A stretch of 64,000 nt of DNA from Phaeosaccion multiseriatum (lineage: Eukaryota > Protista > Ochrophyta, other classes): assembly GCA_965112735.1 (NCBI GenBank), contig OZ218958.1:1302001-1366000 (forward strand), written 5' to 3'. Shown here one piece after another: positions 13,623-25,005 of this stretch (positions are counted from its first letter, which is position 1; each line of letters starts with the position of its first letter). A program made the position numbers and the translations under genes. The notes beneath the pieces are model-generated. The model worked only from the letters and a program-made list of their open reading frames with translations, was not told where the DNA came from and made no database searches.

Positions 13623-16600
13623 AGTGTGTGTGTGTGTGTGTGTGTGTGCGCGTGTGTGTATGTGTGTGTGTTTGAGAAGTCAGGTTTCACAGCTGTGTAT
13701 GTCCGCCCCCCCCCGTGTTTTTTCTCTGTCTTGTCACTGGTGTTGGCTGAATGCCTCCCACTGCTCCACTTGAAATGCAAGTGCTGGACCGTTCGCTGAT
13801 TGCCGTGTCACCTTGTCGGTATTAGTAGGAGACCGGGTCATGCTCACAGACTTGTGTCCTTCCCGCTTCCCTTCCCCTTCATCCCTCCCTCTTCACGCTT
13901 TGCTGCACAGCTGCCCTCAGATAGCCAACCCCCTGCAGATTGAAGTTGAAGGGGGGGACGCGTGTCAAGGTGAGAGAGGGGCTGACCTGTGATTACGCGG
14001 CTGGAAGGGAAACTTGCAAGGAGGGGTAGGCCACCTCCGGAGGCGCTTTGCCATTTGCTGAGCTCGGCCCTGCGGGTGGGCAAGCTAAGCTTCTCCACCT
14101 TTTTGCGTGTGACATTCCGTGGTCTGATCATGATACTCTTTGCTGCTCTGCTGGTGGGCGGCGCGGTGTGCTTGTCACCCCCTAACTTGCCGTCATGGTC
14201 ATGCCGCTGGGTCGTGTGCTGCCTTCTCATTCAGACACCGACGGAGACGGGATTGTGGACACGGAGGACAAGTGAGTGGATGGGAGGGCACCTGTGTGTG
14301 TGTGTAAGCTGCGTGCGTGCCCCCTTCCATGCCCTGCCTCTCTTTCTACTATAGCCTGCGGTAGCCTGTGCTTGTCGAGGTTGCCTGTGTATGCAGGCGT
14401 GCGATTTGGCTCCCTCCTGTGTGTAGCCCAAGTGGCACCTCAGGCGTGAGCCTTCCTTCCTTCTGCGGAGGAGGCCCCCCTCACCACACATGTGCTCCCT
14501 TCTCTTCTCTCCGGCTTCCTTGCAGCTGTCCCTCTGTGCCCAACGCGGATCAAACTGACTTGAACGGCTGTGAAGGTGAGGAAAGGGGGGGGGGCAGGGA
14601 AGGAGGGGGTGCAGACCGAAAGAGCAACAAGCAAGCCGGAGGGGAGGAGGGTTGGGGGAGACGCGAAACAGGGGGTGCTTCCAATAGAACATGCGAGTCC
14701 TTTTGGTGATGTGGACCTATGGCATGACTGTGGGGCAAAGGTGTGTTTCTTGCTCGGTCCTGGTCCATCCACTTGTAGCTCGCTGGCACATTGACTCCAC
14801 ACCCTCCCTGTTCCTATGCTTGTGGCCTCTCTTTTTTGTGTTCTGCTCTCTCTTACTGCTTGTCGCCCATTCGGCGCGCCACCAGCATTGGGCCCTGCGT
14901 GTACGGAGTCATTCGTTGTTTCCACCACGGACGAAGGTTCGACAGGAACGTGCACGTGCGCCTCTCCTTCTGACCAAGTGACCTGTGCCGGCGATACTTG
15001 CAAGGTGCGTGTGCAGGCCGATGTCCCCCGACTTCTCACCAGCGATGGATGGGCCCTGCAGACCACCTCCTTGTTGACTCGCTGCGTCCTCCATCCCGGC
15101 TCTTGACTTGTTGTCTGCTGATGCGTGCTCCTGCAAGTGTTCTGTGAGTCTTCGCAAACAGCTGTACGTGAGTTAAGTGAAGCCCTCTGACGCCCGTCTT
15201 CTTGCCTCTTGCTGGTGCTACCTCTGCCTTGCCGTTGGCACCTGCTGCGCCTTTCTACACTGTCCGGCCGGGCTCTTCGCTGCTCTTGTTGGGTATCGCG
15301 CATGGGGGTCGGACCATGTCCTCCACGCGTACCCGCGTGTCTCTTCCTCGCCTCCACAGGGCATCACCTTCATTGTAAGTGCTTGAATTGCATCATCTCT
15401 GTTGTGGCAAGCACTCTCCTTGCCATTTGTTGGGTGTTAACCTGCTCGTACAGACCCACCAAAATCCTAACACCCTACTGCTGGCCTTTGCTTGTTTTCG
15501 TGCTGTGCTCGTATCTGCCATCGCGTGCGGCTGCTGGCTTCCACGCCTTCAACCCACCTCGCTCGGCTCTACTCACCTGTCATGAAGAGTTGCGCCGTGG
15601 AGTGCGCCGACCAACAAGTCTGCAGAGTGAGTAGGGGTGTGCCTTGGAGCAGCTGCTGCCCGCTCATCAGTCGGTCCAGCTCCCGCTCTCTCGCCGCCTG
15701 TCCGGTGGGATTTTGTGTCACACCCTCCTGTGGTACAGGTGCAGGGCAGGCAGGGCCCACACGTTAAGCCCTCCCCCTCCCTCCTGATGTCCCCCCTGTG
15801 CCCCTCTGCTGTTCTGTCTCCTACCCTCTTTTCACGCCTGTACTCGCCCTGCTCTCCTACGGACCTACGGAAACCATAGGGTGCCAAGTTTGGTGGCACC
15901 TCAACTGCCACTTGCTCTGGCCAGCGATCTTGTTTGGTGAGTGATCATCATCCCAAGTCGCCTCTCGCTACCTGGCCGATGTGCTGCTGTGTCTTCCTCT
16001 TGTTATATCGCTGGCGTTCCCACACGTTTGGCAGCCAGGCCTCCCCCCTCTCTCCTGACCCTTCCCTTGTGCCCGTCTGCTGCCCTGCCCCCTGTTTTCT
16101 TCCTCTCGTTGATACCCACCCTGTTGCACACAGGTGGCCGCGTTCGAAGGCGATTCCATGGCTATCTGCTCCGGGCCGTACTCATGTCAGGTGAGGTCTC
16201 ACTTGGCCCAAGTCCGATCGGCCTCTGTGCCTAGCCACTCTGTGTCTTTCTCTTGTTGATCGCTACGCGACTCACACCGCACGACCCCTAAGTCCTGCCT
16301 CACTCCTGACCTCCCACCTGTGCTCCTCTGCTGACCTCCTCCCCTCTTCTCTCTGTACCACCCCTCGAACCAGTTTGCGGACTTTTCCGGCACTTCGACC
16401 GCAGCCTGCTCTCAGACGGATTCCTGTCGCGTGAGTCTCAAGTCCGCTTACGTTGCCTGGCTGATGCTGTCGCTTGCTCCTGTCGCACCGCCGCCGAACG
16501 GCCGATACCTCAAGCCTTGCTCCTCTCCTGAACTTCCCTCCGTGCCCCCCGGCCTCCTTTGTGTCGTCGACACCCGTCCTGCTCCACACAGGGTGCTGAT

Positions 16601-17185
16601 CTATTTGACGCTTCCGCCGCCACTTGCAACATTTTTGATAGCTGCGAGCTGCTCCAGGTGCGTTTGGCGGATAAGAGACCAGCGAAGGCACAGGACCAGC
16701 TTATGCAAGGGGAAGTAGCTAGAGTAGACACGCTTATCCCCTCCGGTGATGTGATGAGAAGATATGTGACACTTGGTGCTGTGGCGACTGACCATCCGCC
16801 CCTCTCTCGGCACGATCTCTGACTCTCGGCTGTGGCCAACAGACACCACGTGCTGATGACACTTCATGTTGCGATGGCGAGTTTTGGTAAGTCGCAAGTG
16901 CGTCGCAGGCAAGCGTACTTGAGGAGACCATTCCCTCTCCTGGCTGCCTGTGCTGGGTTTTGCTTGGCCAAGGCGTTGAGGAGCTCTACGCAGGGCAATT
17001 CGCTTTTGCTCCGCCGCACACAATCCCACTCCTTACTCCCCGCCCCTTGCCCCTCTCTTTGTGCGTTGATACTCCCGCGTTGCCGTACGGTGAACTTCCC
17101 TTTCACGGTGAACACCGGCCATGCAACCATCTTCAAAACCGATAGCCCCACCACGACCAACGGGGTAGAAGTCAGAGGATGTTAA
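15..17185 (+). CDS. Gene A (5' end outside window): tandemly amplified micro-exon gene for a Cys-rich 19-aa-repeat / TSP3-repeat protein; frame ends at TAA 17183-17185
   Basis: Phase-compatible AG/GT exons: 15-80 [22 protein letters not shown]; 256-314 [20 protein letters not shown]; 553-593 [13 protein letters not shown]; 809-845 [13 protein letters not shown]; 1351-1409 [19 protein letters not shown]; 1676-1712 [13 protein letters not shown]; 2123-2181; 2447-2483; 2737-2786 [16 protein letters not shown]; 3096-3214 [40 protein letters not shown]; 3570-3584 GITFI; 3798-3836 [13 protein letters not shown]; 4087-4143 [19 protein letters not shown]; 4307-4363 [19 protein letters not shown]; 4546-4602 [19 protein letters not shown]; the series then repeats. 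DxDxDGxxDxxDNCP is the TSP3 signature. Confidence 0.85.
10680..14300 (+). repeat. Five tandem copies of a ~750-bp two-exon TSP3 cassette
   Basis: CPQIANPLQ exon starts at 10910, 11659, 12408, 13160, 13911 (periods 749-752 bp). The other units carry 2 copies (1351, 2123), 2 copies (6190, 6942) and 0 copies. Confidence 0.95.
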
Positions 17186-17607
17186 GGTAAGAGCGAATTG
17201 AAGTGTAGGAAGGACCTCGTCGCTCCCACACTCTGCTGCTTTTCAAGTAGCGCTCGGATTCTTTACTCGTTACCGTCCACTCTTTGGCCTCCAGTCTGAC
17301 AGAAATATTTCTCTCGTACGCTTGTCTTGCGTGTACCACTCGGTCGGTCCCCACCCCCTCCTGCCGTGGCGTGCGCTTCGTGCGGCGGTGACGGCCCTCC
17401 TGATGCAGACACGGACGGGGACGGCGTTGCTGACCCTTTCGGCAAGTGAGTGCTTTCATACCCATGCATGTTGGACCGTCCTGTGCGTGTGGATGTGCTG
17501 CGTGGCCTGGGTGTGGCCTGCCCCCCAGCAGCGCATCTCTCTCTCAATGGCCTGCATCAGTCCCTGCTTGTTGCTTTTGCCCTTGTCGTGCATGTGTGCG
17601 TATGCAC

Positions 17608-17686
<79 letters not shown>

Positions 17687-18483
17687 CGTGCGTGCCCCCC
17701 CCCATGCGCCTTTCTTTCTTCTGTAGCCTGCGGTAGCCCGTGCCTGTCGAGGTTGTCCGTGTGTGCAGGTGTGCGATTTGGCTCCCTCCTGTGTGTATGG
17801 CACCTCAGGCGTGAGCCTTCCTTCCTTCTGCGGAGGAGCCCCCCTCACCACACATGTGCTCCCTTCTCTTCTCTCCGGCCCCTCTGCTCCCTATGTTCCT
17901 TGCAGCTGCCCCTCTGTGCCCAATGCGAACCAAGATGATGTGAATGGCTGTAATATATAGGTGAGAAGGGGGGGGGTAGGGAAGGAGGGGGTGCAGACTG
18001 AAGCAGCAACAAGCAAACTGGAGGAGGGGTGGGGAAGACACGAAACAAGGAGTGCTTAAAGTAGAGCATGCAGGTTTTTCTTGTTTATCTGCACCTGTGG
18101 CCTGAGTGCCGTGTAAGGGTGTGTATATTGCTCAGTCCTGGTCCTTCTACTTATAGCTCGCTGGCTGGCATATTGACTCCACACCCTCCCTGTTCTTATG
18201 CTCGTGGCCTCTCGTTGCTGGCTGGTGCTCTGCTCTCTACCGCCAGGAGATCGAGCGGTGCTACGCTCACGTGCTCGACGTTGGCTTCATCCACAAGCCG
18301 GATGAAGTCGGAGAGGAGCGCTGGAGCGGGGTCATGGGAGAGACACAGAGCCTGAGACTCGACAGCGAAGGCAAGCCCATTGTGAGAGAGCGTGACCTGA
18401 TCTCCTCCTCCTCCAAGGACGAGGACTACGTCGTGGACGGGCCCTGGGGAAGGGACTTTGTGTCCCGTTTGGACAGCGCCTAG
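17186..18483 (+). pseudogene. Decayed 3' end of gene A
   Basis: The CPSVPNANQDDVNGC exon (~17906-17960) has 5 extra nt giving TAG. At 18237 intron sequence is fused directly to the distal part of the terminal exon ([17 protein letters not shown]...RLDSA*), homologous to 39121-39379. Confidence 0.85.
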
Positions 18484-19376
18484 GAGCCGGAGTGAGCTTG
18501 GGTGGCTGGAGCAGGAGCGGAAACGCAGCGAAGGAGGGTGCGTGGTGCGGGTTCTCTCGCCCACCGTGCTGAGCCGCTGCGCAGAGGGGGGGGGGGGGGG
18601 GGCAGGCATGGCATGGAGGGTGTAGTGCTGGAGGGGGGGGGGGGGAGGGTGCAACTTTCTTTATTGTTAATTCTTTTTTAGGGGAGGGGGGGGGGGTGCA
18701 ACTTTCTTCATTTTATATACTTTTGGGGGGGGAGGGGGGCAGGGTTGGGAGAGTTGGCGAGCTGTGGAACAAATTTGACGGAAGCAAAGCGCCCAAGTCT
18801 GAAGGGGTTGTGCAATCTCATCATGCTTTAGGGACCCGTTGAAGCACTTCCATTGTTTCAGTGTCGGTGAGTGTCAGGGGGGGGGGGGGGTCTTTAAGCT
18901 TGGGCGAGATGCGTGAGCGCTGGTCGCAGAGGAGGAGGCAAGCGGGACACGTGGTGACGTCCGTTTAGAGAGGGGTGGGTAGCGTAGAAATTGCCGTGAG
19001 TCAGGGGGGGGTTTGTAGCATAGAGGATAGGCGTGAGGGACGGCAGTCATGTCATCTCCGTCGTGGCAGGGGTAGGCAGCGTAGGGAGAGAAAGAAGACG
19101 CCGCAAGACTGAAACTGTGACTGCCACAGTACGGTGAGAGGTGTTCCCGTTCAATTCAAACTTCAATCATCTGTTGCTCTTCGCTGCACTTGCACCAAGC
19201 ACCACAGCCACCAAAAGGGCTCACTCGCGTCGTTGCCGTTGGCTCTGGCGTGTATCCGTGCGTATCGAAAGAGGAGGTCTTCAAATCAATCCATGGCATC
19301 AATCAAGCCACGCATGCACTCCCTTCATGTTTAGCCCCAACTGATGCCTCTGCTGCCACTGGTGCCACTGCTACTG

Positions 19377-19414
<38 letters not shown>

Positions 19415-20603
19415 GCTGGAACCACGACCACACCTCTGCCACATCCCGCACACCCGATAACAAGTTACTCTCCAGCCACTGCGGCGACGGTAGGCGGGCT
19501 CGCCATGAGCCGCCGGCCCACTCACGTGATGTCCTCGGCCGTGGTATCCTTAATTTTGCGACACACGTCCTCCACCGGCTCTCGCTTCCCGTAGGCCAGA
19601 ATCTGACGGCCAATGTCCTCAAACAGCACCACTCGGCTCTCCAGGCAGCTGCGTGAGAATGTTGCACTGTAGCATGCTCTTGGCCCGCTCGAGCTGCGCG
19701 TGCTTCACGGGCTCCCTGGCCAGGTCGTCTCAGTGCTGCAGGAGGATGTGAAGCATTTCTCTCGCGCCGCCCATCATGCGCTGCCCTGGCTGGATGCTGC
19801 AGGCAGGTCGGGTGATAGCTAGCTAGAAAGCTGAGGTTATGGGTTCAAAAAAAAAAACCTCCTCCCTCCTTCTACTTGTACCAGCCAGCCATACTACTCA
19901 GCGAACAAGCAAAGCACCTCCAACCACTCACGTTGACTCCGGGCCGGCCGGGATGACTTGCTTGCCTTGTCACCCATCCTCCTTCCTCGCGGCGGTAGTG
20001 CCGACAAGTACTTGTCTGTAGCGTAGCTAGAGGCGGCGACAACAGAGCACCGCAGAGCACTGCACAGCAGGCCAAGCAAGGATACAGCATGAGTGAGGAC
20101 GGACACAGCCAGCCACACACAAAAAGGAAAAAAAAGTGGGAAAGAGAGAGAGAGAGAGACAGACAGAGGCGCAGACAGACCGAGAGCCGATGCCATCTCA
20201 ATCCCTCTCAGCCCAGCCAGCACCACGCACACAAAATCACCCGCAGAAACTTCGGGTTCAGCACCCCAGCTTCCCCCACTCATTGCCCTCGCTCACCGTG
20301 ACTTTCACCACTACATCCTACCATCCCTTGCCACCTCCTCTTACCATCCGTTTCCATGCACAAGCATCAACTGCCAGCCATAAATTACCATCCACCATCG
20401 AGCCACTCTTTACCTGCGAGGCTCCTGAAGCAAATCGTCGTGCTGCACCCCGCCTGCTGCGACGAGTACCCTATTCGGAGCAAAGAAGAACTCGGATCGG
20501 TGCTCATGCAAGTGAGACACCTGCAGGTCAGCGAGACGCTCGGGAGGGCAGAGGTGGGGTCGACCCAGCGGCTGGTTGGGGTAGCTAGGCTGCGGCCATG
20601 ATG
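18237..20603. repeat. Segmental duplication, paralogous to 39121-41450
   Basis: Collinear similarity from ctaccgccaggagatcgag to ggctgcggccatgatg; it ends exactly at the transposon terminus at 20604. Confidence 0.92.
19410..19800 (-). pseudogene. Mitochondrial processing peptidase alpha subunit (M16B) C-terminal fragment, copy 1
   Basis: LERAKSMLQCNILTQL..ESRVVLFEDIGRQILAYGKREPVEDVCRKI..., with small frameshifting duplications; no N-terminal exons seen. Confidence 0.75.
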
Positions 20604-22607
20604 TCGGCCCCTGACAAGAAGGTTCTGAGACAGGCCAGTCCAGAACCTGGAACCTGGCCAGAACCTGGAACCTGACCCAGCTCTTCGGACCTAGCTAGGG
20701 GTGACTGAGGGAGTGACGGGCTGATGCCCAGCCCTGGCTGCTGAGTGCCCATCGTGTGTGGCTGGGACCGCAAAATAGCGTACGTCATGTACATTATATA
20801 ATGGAGAGTTCAGAGTTCTTTCGCGCGCGCCAACCTACTAGCCTACTTCCCTTCGCGGCACGCCGGACAAAAACCAATCCCCCTCAGGTACCTCAGTGAG
20901 AGGAGGCGTCAGACACCCGAGGTGATACTCTCCACCACACGCGTCAGTATCACATGGCAGCATGTGTGGACGCTCCTCTGTGACGTCCTGCCTGCACACC
21001 ACACACACTGTCCCTACCCTCCTCTTCTTGCCGATGTGCAAATCTCTGTAACTCACTGGCGCCCCTGTCGACCGGCCCCGGGAAGATCTCGTGCTGACCA
21101 TAACTCCCAGCTTGCGCTGATGAGGCGTGCTTTCTTCATCTCCTTCGTCTTCACTGTCCTCGTCCCCTTCTGATGCGACCTCCTCCTCCTCATCTGCTTC
21201 CACAGAATGCCGAGAATAGAGTCCACGAGAAACACCATGCCCGACCCCGTGTGGTACCCAAGTCCCATGGGCTTGCGAAACAAGTCTTTGCTGTTCTCTC
21301 GCCACCAGCGGTCCCACTCTGGACCGATGGTGCTGACAATCGGCGCACACTTGGACCGTAGACTAGCTCTTCTTCGGACAGCAGTGATGTCGTTGCCGCA
21401 TGCGTGATGAGGGCCAGCGCTGTTACGATTGAGAGCTTATTCTGGTTCTTCATAGCCTCCAGGGGAATTTCACGCTGCACTGCGTCTTGCACGACCGGAT
21501 TGGTATCGTGGTACCGAGCAAGAATGGAGCGCAATCCTACGAGGTGTCCGTCCTGTAAAAGCCACCAGTTGTACATAGAAGACCTGAAGCTCTTGACCAG
21601 ATGGACAGCATCGGCAAAGATCTGGAAGTCGCCAGAAGGGTCCTTCTCTCCCCCAAGCTGCCCCTCAGAGCAACGCACAGTAGTAGCTTGCTGCGCGCCA
21701 CATCTGCGATACGCTGATGGCCCACAGGCTTATACAAACCCTGCCACTCTCTTTGCAAGTGGTGCATACACGCTTTGTGAAGTGTGTACTACAGGGGCAG
21801 TCTTCCTCTGCACAGGGCCCTCCTTCAATGGAATGGCAGTCGAGGTGGCAGTCACACATTGCCTTTACCTCCTCCCATTGGATATTCTCGCCTGCCTCCA
21901 CTCTCTTCCACACATCCTCCAAGCAGGGAATGCAGACGCGTAGGCATCTCAACATGTTCGTGATGTCCTTCATTTCAGTGGTCCAATCACCCCCCGGTGT
22001 AGCGAGTCGGAAGCCCAGCTGGCCGGTGATGGTGCCCGTGAGGTCCATCCCCATAAATGCTACAATCTCCGACGCAAGCTTGCCCATCTCTTGTGCCCTC
22101 ATCTGAAATGATCGACGAGCAGCAAGAGCAGGAGGAGTGTACGATAAGGACAAAGCAGATCAAGACATCAAGGGCGAAGCACAGAAAAGTCACTGACACT
22201 CAGACCACGCAATGGGGATCGTAGAAACGTACCAACTGCTCCCCTCCCTCCCTCCCCCCCCCCCCCTCTCTCCTCTATCTCTCTTTCTGTGTGCACGTGC
22301 CTCCCTGACAACTTGTCTTCGTACCTCTTCGTGGCTGAGGCCAAGGACCTTCTTCGCATCTTGGACTGTCATCTCTCCATCAGCGTAACCAAAATTCGAA
22401 GGCCCCCTCTTAATCACGGTTCCGTCATGCTGCACAGTAAAGGCGTGCACGACTTTGTCTTTTCGGGGACAGTAAGTCTGGTCACCCGCGTAGCGCGTTA
22501 AAGCCCTGAAAAAATTCAACACGTCCTCATACTGAGGGCCTTGAAATGGAGGCAGAGGTGGATTCATGCGCAGAATATGCCTCGGTGGAGCGCCCCTCCG
22601 TTCGATG

Positions 22608-23443
22608 TGTGACCCCGCAACCCTCGGAAATATTGTTGTGCTAAGTTCAGATAACGTCTTATTATCCTGAACCTCTAGTATTGCGGTGGGCGTTATCCTC
22701 CCCTCGGGACGACTAACTTTCTGGTCACACAAGGGATCTGAACCCCCAACCTCGGAAATATTTTTGTGCTAAGGCGCAATACTAGAGGTTCAGGATAATA
22801 AGACGTTATCTGAACTTAACACAAAAATATTTCCCCGGGTTGCGGGGTCATATCCGTTATCCTCCCCTCGGGACGACTAACGAGTTATCCCGCAATACTA
22901 GAGGTTCAGGATAATAAGACGTTATCTGAACTTAGCACAAAAATATTTCCGAGGTTGGGTGTTCAGATCCCTTGTGTGACCAGAAAGTTAGTCGTCCCGA
23001 GGGGAGGATAACTCGTTAGTCGTCCCGAGGGGAGGATAACGGATATGACCCCGCAACCCGGGGAAATATTTTTGTGCTAAGTTCAGATAACGTCTTATTA
23101 TCCTGAACCTCTAGTATTGCGCAATACTAGAGGTTCCGAGGTTGGGGGTTCAGATCCCTTGTGTGACCAGAAAGTTAGTCGTCCCGAGGGGAGGATAACT
23201 CGTTAGTCGTCCCGAGGGGAGGATAACGGATATGACCCCGCAACCCGGGGAAATATTTTTGTGCTAAGTTCAGATAACGTCTTATTATCCTGAACCTCTA
23301 GTATTGCGCAATACTAGAGGTTCCGAGGTTGGGGGTTCAGATCCCTTGTGTGACCAGAAAGTTAGTCGTCCCGAGGGGAGGATAACTCGTATTGCGCAAT
23401 ACTAGAGGTTCAGGATAATAAGACGTTATCTGAACTTAGCACA
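22608..23443. repeat. 836-bp fold-back mosaic insertion in the transposase
   Basis: Three short modules (~76, ~26, ~38 nt) repeated in both orientations; perfect 32-bp palindromes at 23105-23136 and 23292-23323; flanked by GATG at 22604-22607 and 23444-23447. Confidence 0.85.
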
Positions 23444-23870
23444 GATGCGTGAAAGTACGCTTGCGCCTCTGTTCGTAACCGGCTATCCCCGTCCTCCCTT
23501 GGCCGCTTGCGGGGTCCACCATACATCAGCATGACGCTGAGCTGAGTTGTGTTTGGTTGAGCTCCCTCAAACTCTCGTACCTCTGCGGGCTGCATCCCGG
23601 CAAGGACTTGTCCCCTTGCCAAGGCCCTGCTTCCTTCAGCCACCTATTAATGTTTTGGTACATCGCACTGTCTCTGCTGCTATCCCCATTCGAGAGGTGG
23701 AACTGGAGAGCGACAAAAGTAGTCCATGCCATCGGCGTCGATACGAAGCTCCACACCACCGCCCTCCTCTTCTGCTGGTACGACGGCCACCTTACTGAAG
23801 CCATCGCCCATGCCAGCCAGCAGCTGTCCCGCCGCGAGAAAAGCATGATGAATAGCTCCTGCCGATGCGG

Positions 23871-24825
23871 TACCTACAGGGAAGTATGGGAGAGGTCAGC
23901 GTGGTACGAGGGTTCGGTGCGAGCAAGATCTGTATGGGAGAGGTCAACGCGGAAGCAGGACCAAGGGTGAGCAAGTTGTGCACACAGAAGAGGGGGACTG
24001 GATTTTGAGTCTTCCTGTAGAGGGGTATATGGGTGCTACGTTAGAGTGGCATGAAGTCTTGGGTGGACATGTGTATGGGTCACCAGCTAAGACTTGTGAG
24101 CAATTGTGGAAGAGCTTAGAGGCAAGTGGCATTGAAGACGAACAGGCTGACTGTGTGATAGCCGGGTGGGTTCGTGGGTGATGGCCGCTAGCATGGTTGT
24201 GAGCGACATGGCATTTGCAAGGAGGAATTGACTCGGCTTATGAAGAAGCCGGGCGGGGCCTGAGCATGGCGAAGCATAGAAGCGCTTGTGTGAGTACCCG
24301 GGGGTACATTTGGAGAAGCGTTTGAAGGAAAAGGGGGACTCAATTTGGAGGCGTTAGCCGAAGTGAAATGGGCTGCTGACCTGGACAGTCGGAGCAGTGT
24401 TGAGGGACTTGACATTTGCTGGAGGGACGTGTAGTCCAAGCAGCGTGGCAGCAGACTGAGTGAAGGAGTTTCCATTGTGAAGGACATGAGTTTCTGTGTT
24501 CGGAGGCTGATGGGACAGGCACTGTTTTGTATGAAGACGATGAAGGGTGCATTCAGCTGGTCAAGGGGAACGAGAGCAGTATCTGAACACGGAGGAGCAG
24601 CTTGGGGACATCATGACCAAGGCTTTGACTCCACAGGTGCACAAGTACCTGGTTTCGAAGATGTTGAAATAGTTTGGGTTTTAGTTTAGCTTGGGTTAGT
24701 CTTGGGATAGCTTGGGTTAGTGATTAGTGATTAGGTACTGAGGTAGCGAGGTTTTACATGCGTTTTACTTGCTATCTTAGATGTGTTGACTGTTTAGGAG
24801 AGAGTGAGTTTCGATCCAAGGGGGG
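23871..24825 (+). mobile_element. Degenerate Ty1/Copia RT end and RNase H, followed by a polypurine tract
   Basis: Broken frames give DMAFA..ELTRLMKKPG..EH..KRL, WAADLDSRSSVEG, TVLYEDDEGCIQLVK and EQLGDIMTKAL; AAGGGGGG lies directly before TGTTG at 24826. Confidence 0.8.
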
Positions 24826-25005
24826 TGTTGTGATATGATCATTATTGGGGTCTGTGGGATGCCCAATATTGATAACGTCCACACTTGGGATCTTCAACTC
24901 TGGGGCTCTGGGCCTCGTACTACGTTTATGGTTCTGTTAAGGGCAATATATATTAGTTGACACACACAACAGCTTACGTATCATAGTGCGGGAGGGACAT
25001 CGCAA
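24826..25005 (+). repeat. LTR segment, 180 bp, perfect inverted copy of 27342-27521
   Basis: Base-by-base comparison shows identity; begins TGTTG immediately after the polypurine tract. Confidence 0.92.

Larger units (their letters stand above)
1..18236 (+). repeat. Higher-order tandem repeat of the multi-exon module of gene A (one partial plus three further units)
   Basis: The same exon starts at 15, 4767, 9587 and 16592 (periods 4752, 4820, 7005 bp); the module's first exon is at 3096, 7915 and 14886. The first units are near-identical including introns; the last diverges after about 15480. Confidence 0.95.

Noticed and set aside
206-18069. Dozens of ORF-track proteins (CVCVCV, THTHTH, MITRLEGK and similar)
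   Set aside because: They are translations of introns and (TG)n tracts; the coding signal is in short AG/GT-bounded exons with compatible phases.
20597-20603. CATGATG resembling the Drosophila P-element end
   Set aside because: It is also present in the paralogous host sequence at 41444-41450, so it is flank rather than terminus.
22608-23443. CRISPR-like array
   Set aside because: Repeats occur in both orientations with no unique spacers and no cas genes, in a eukaryotic context.
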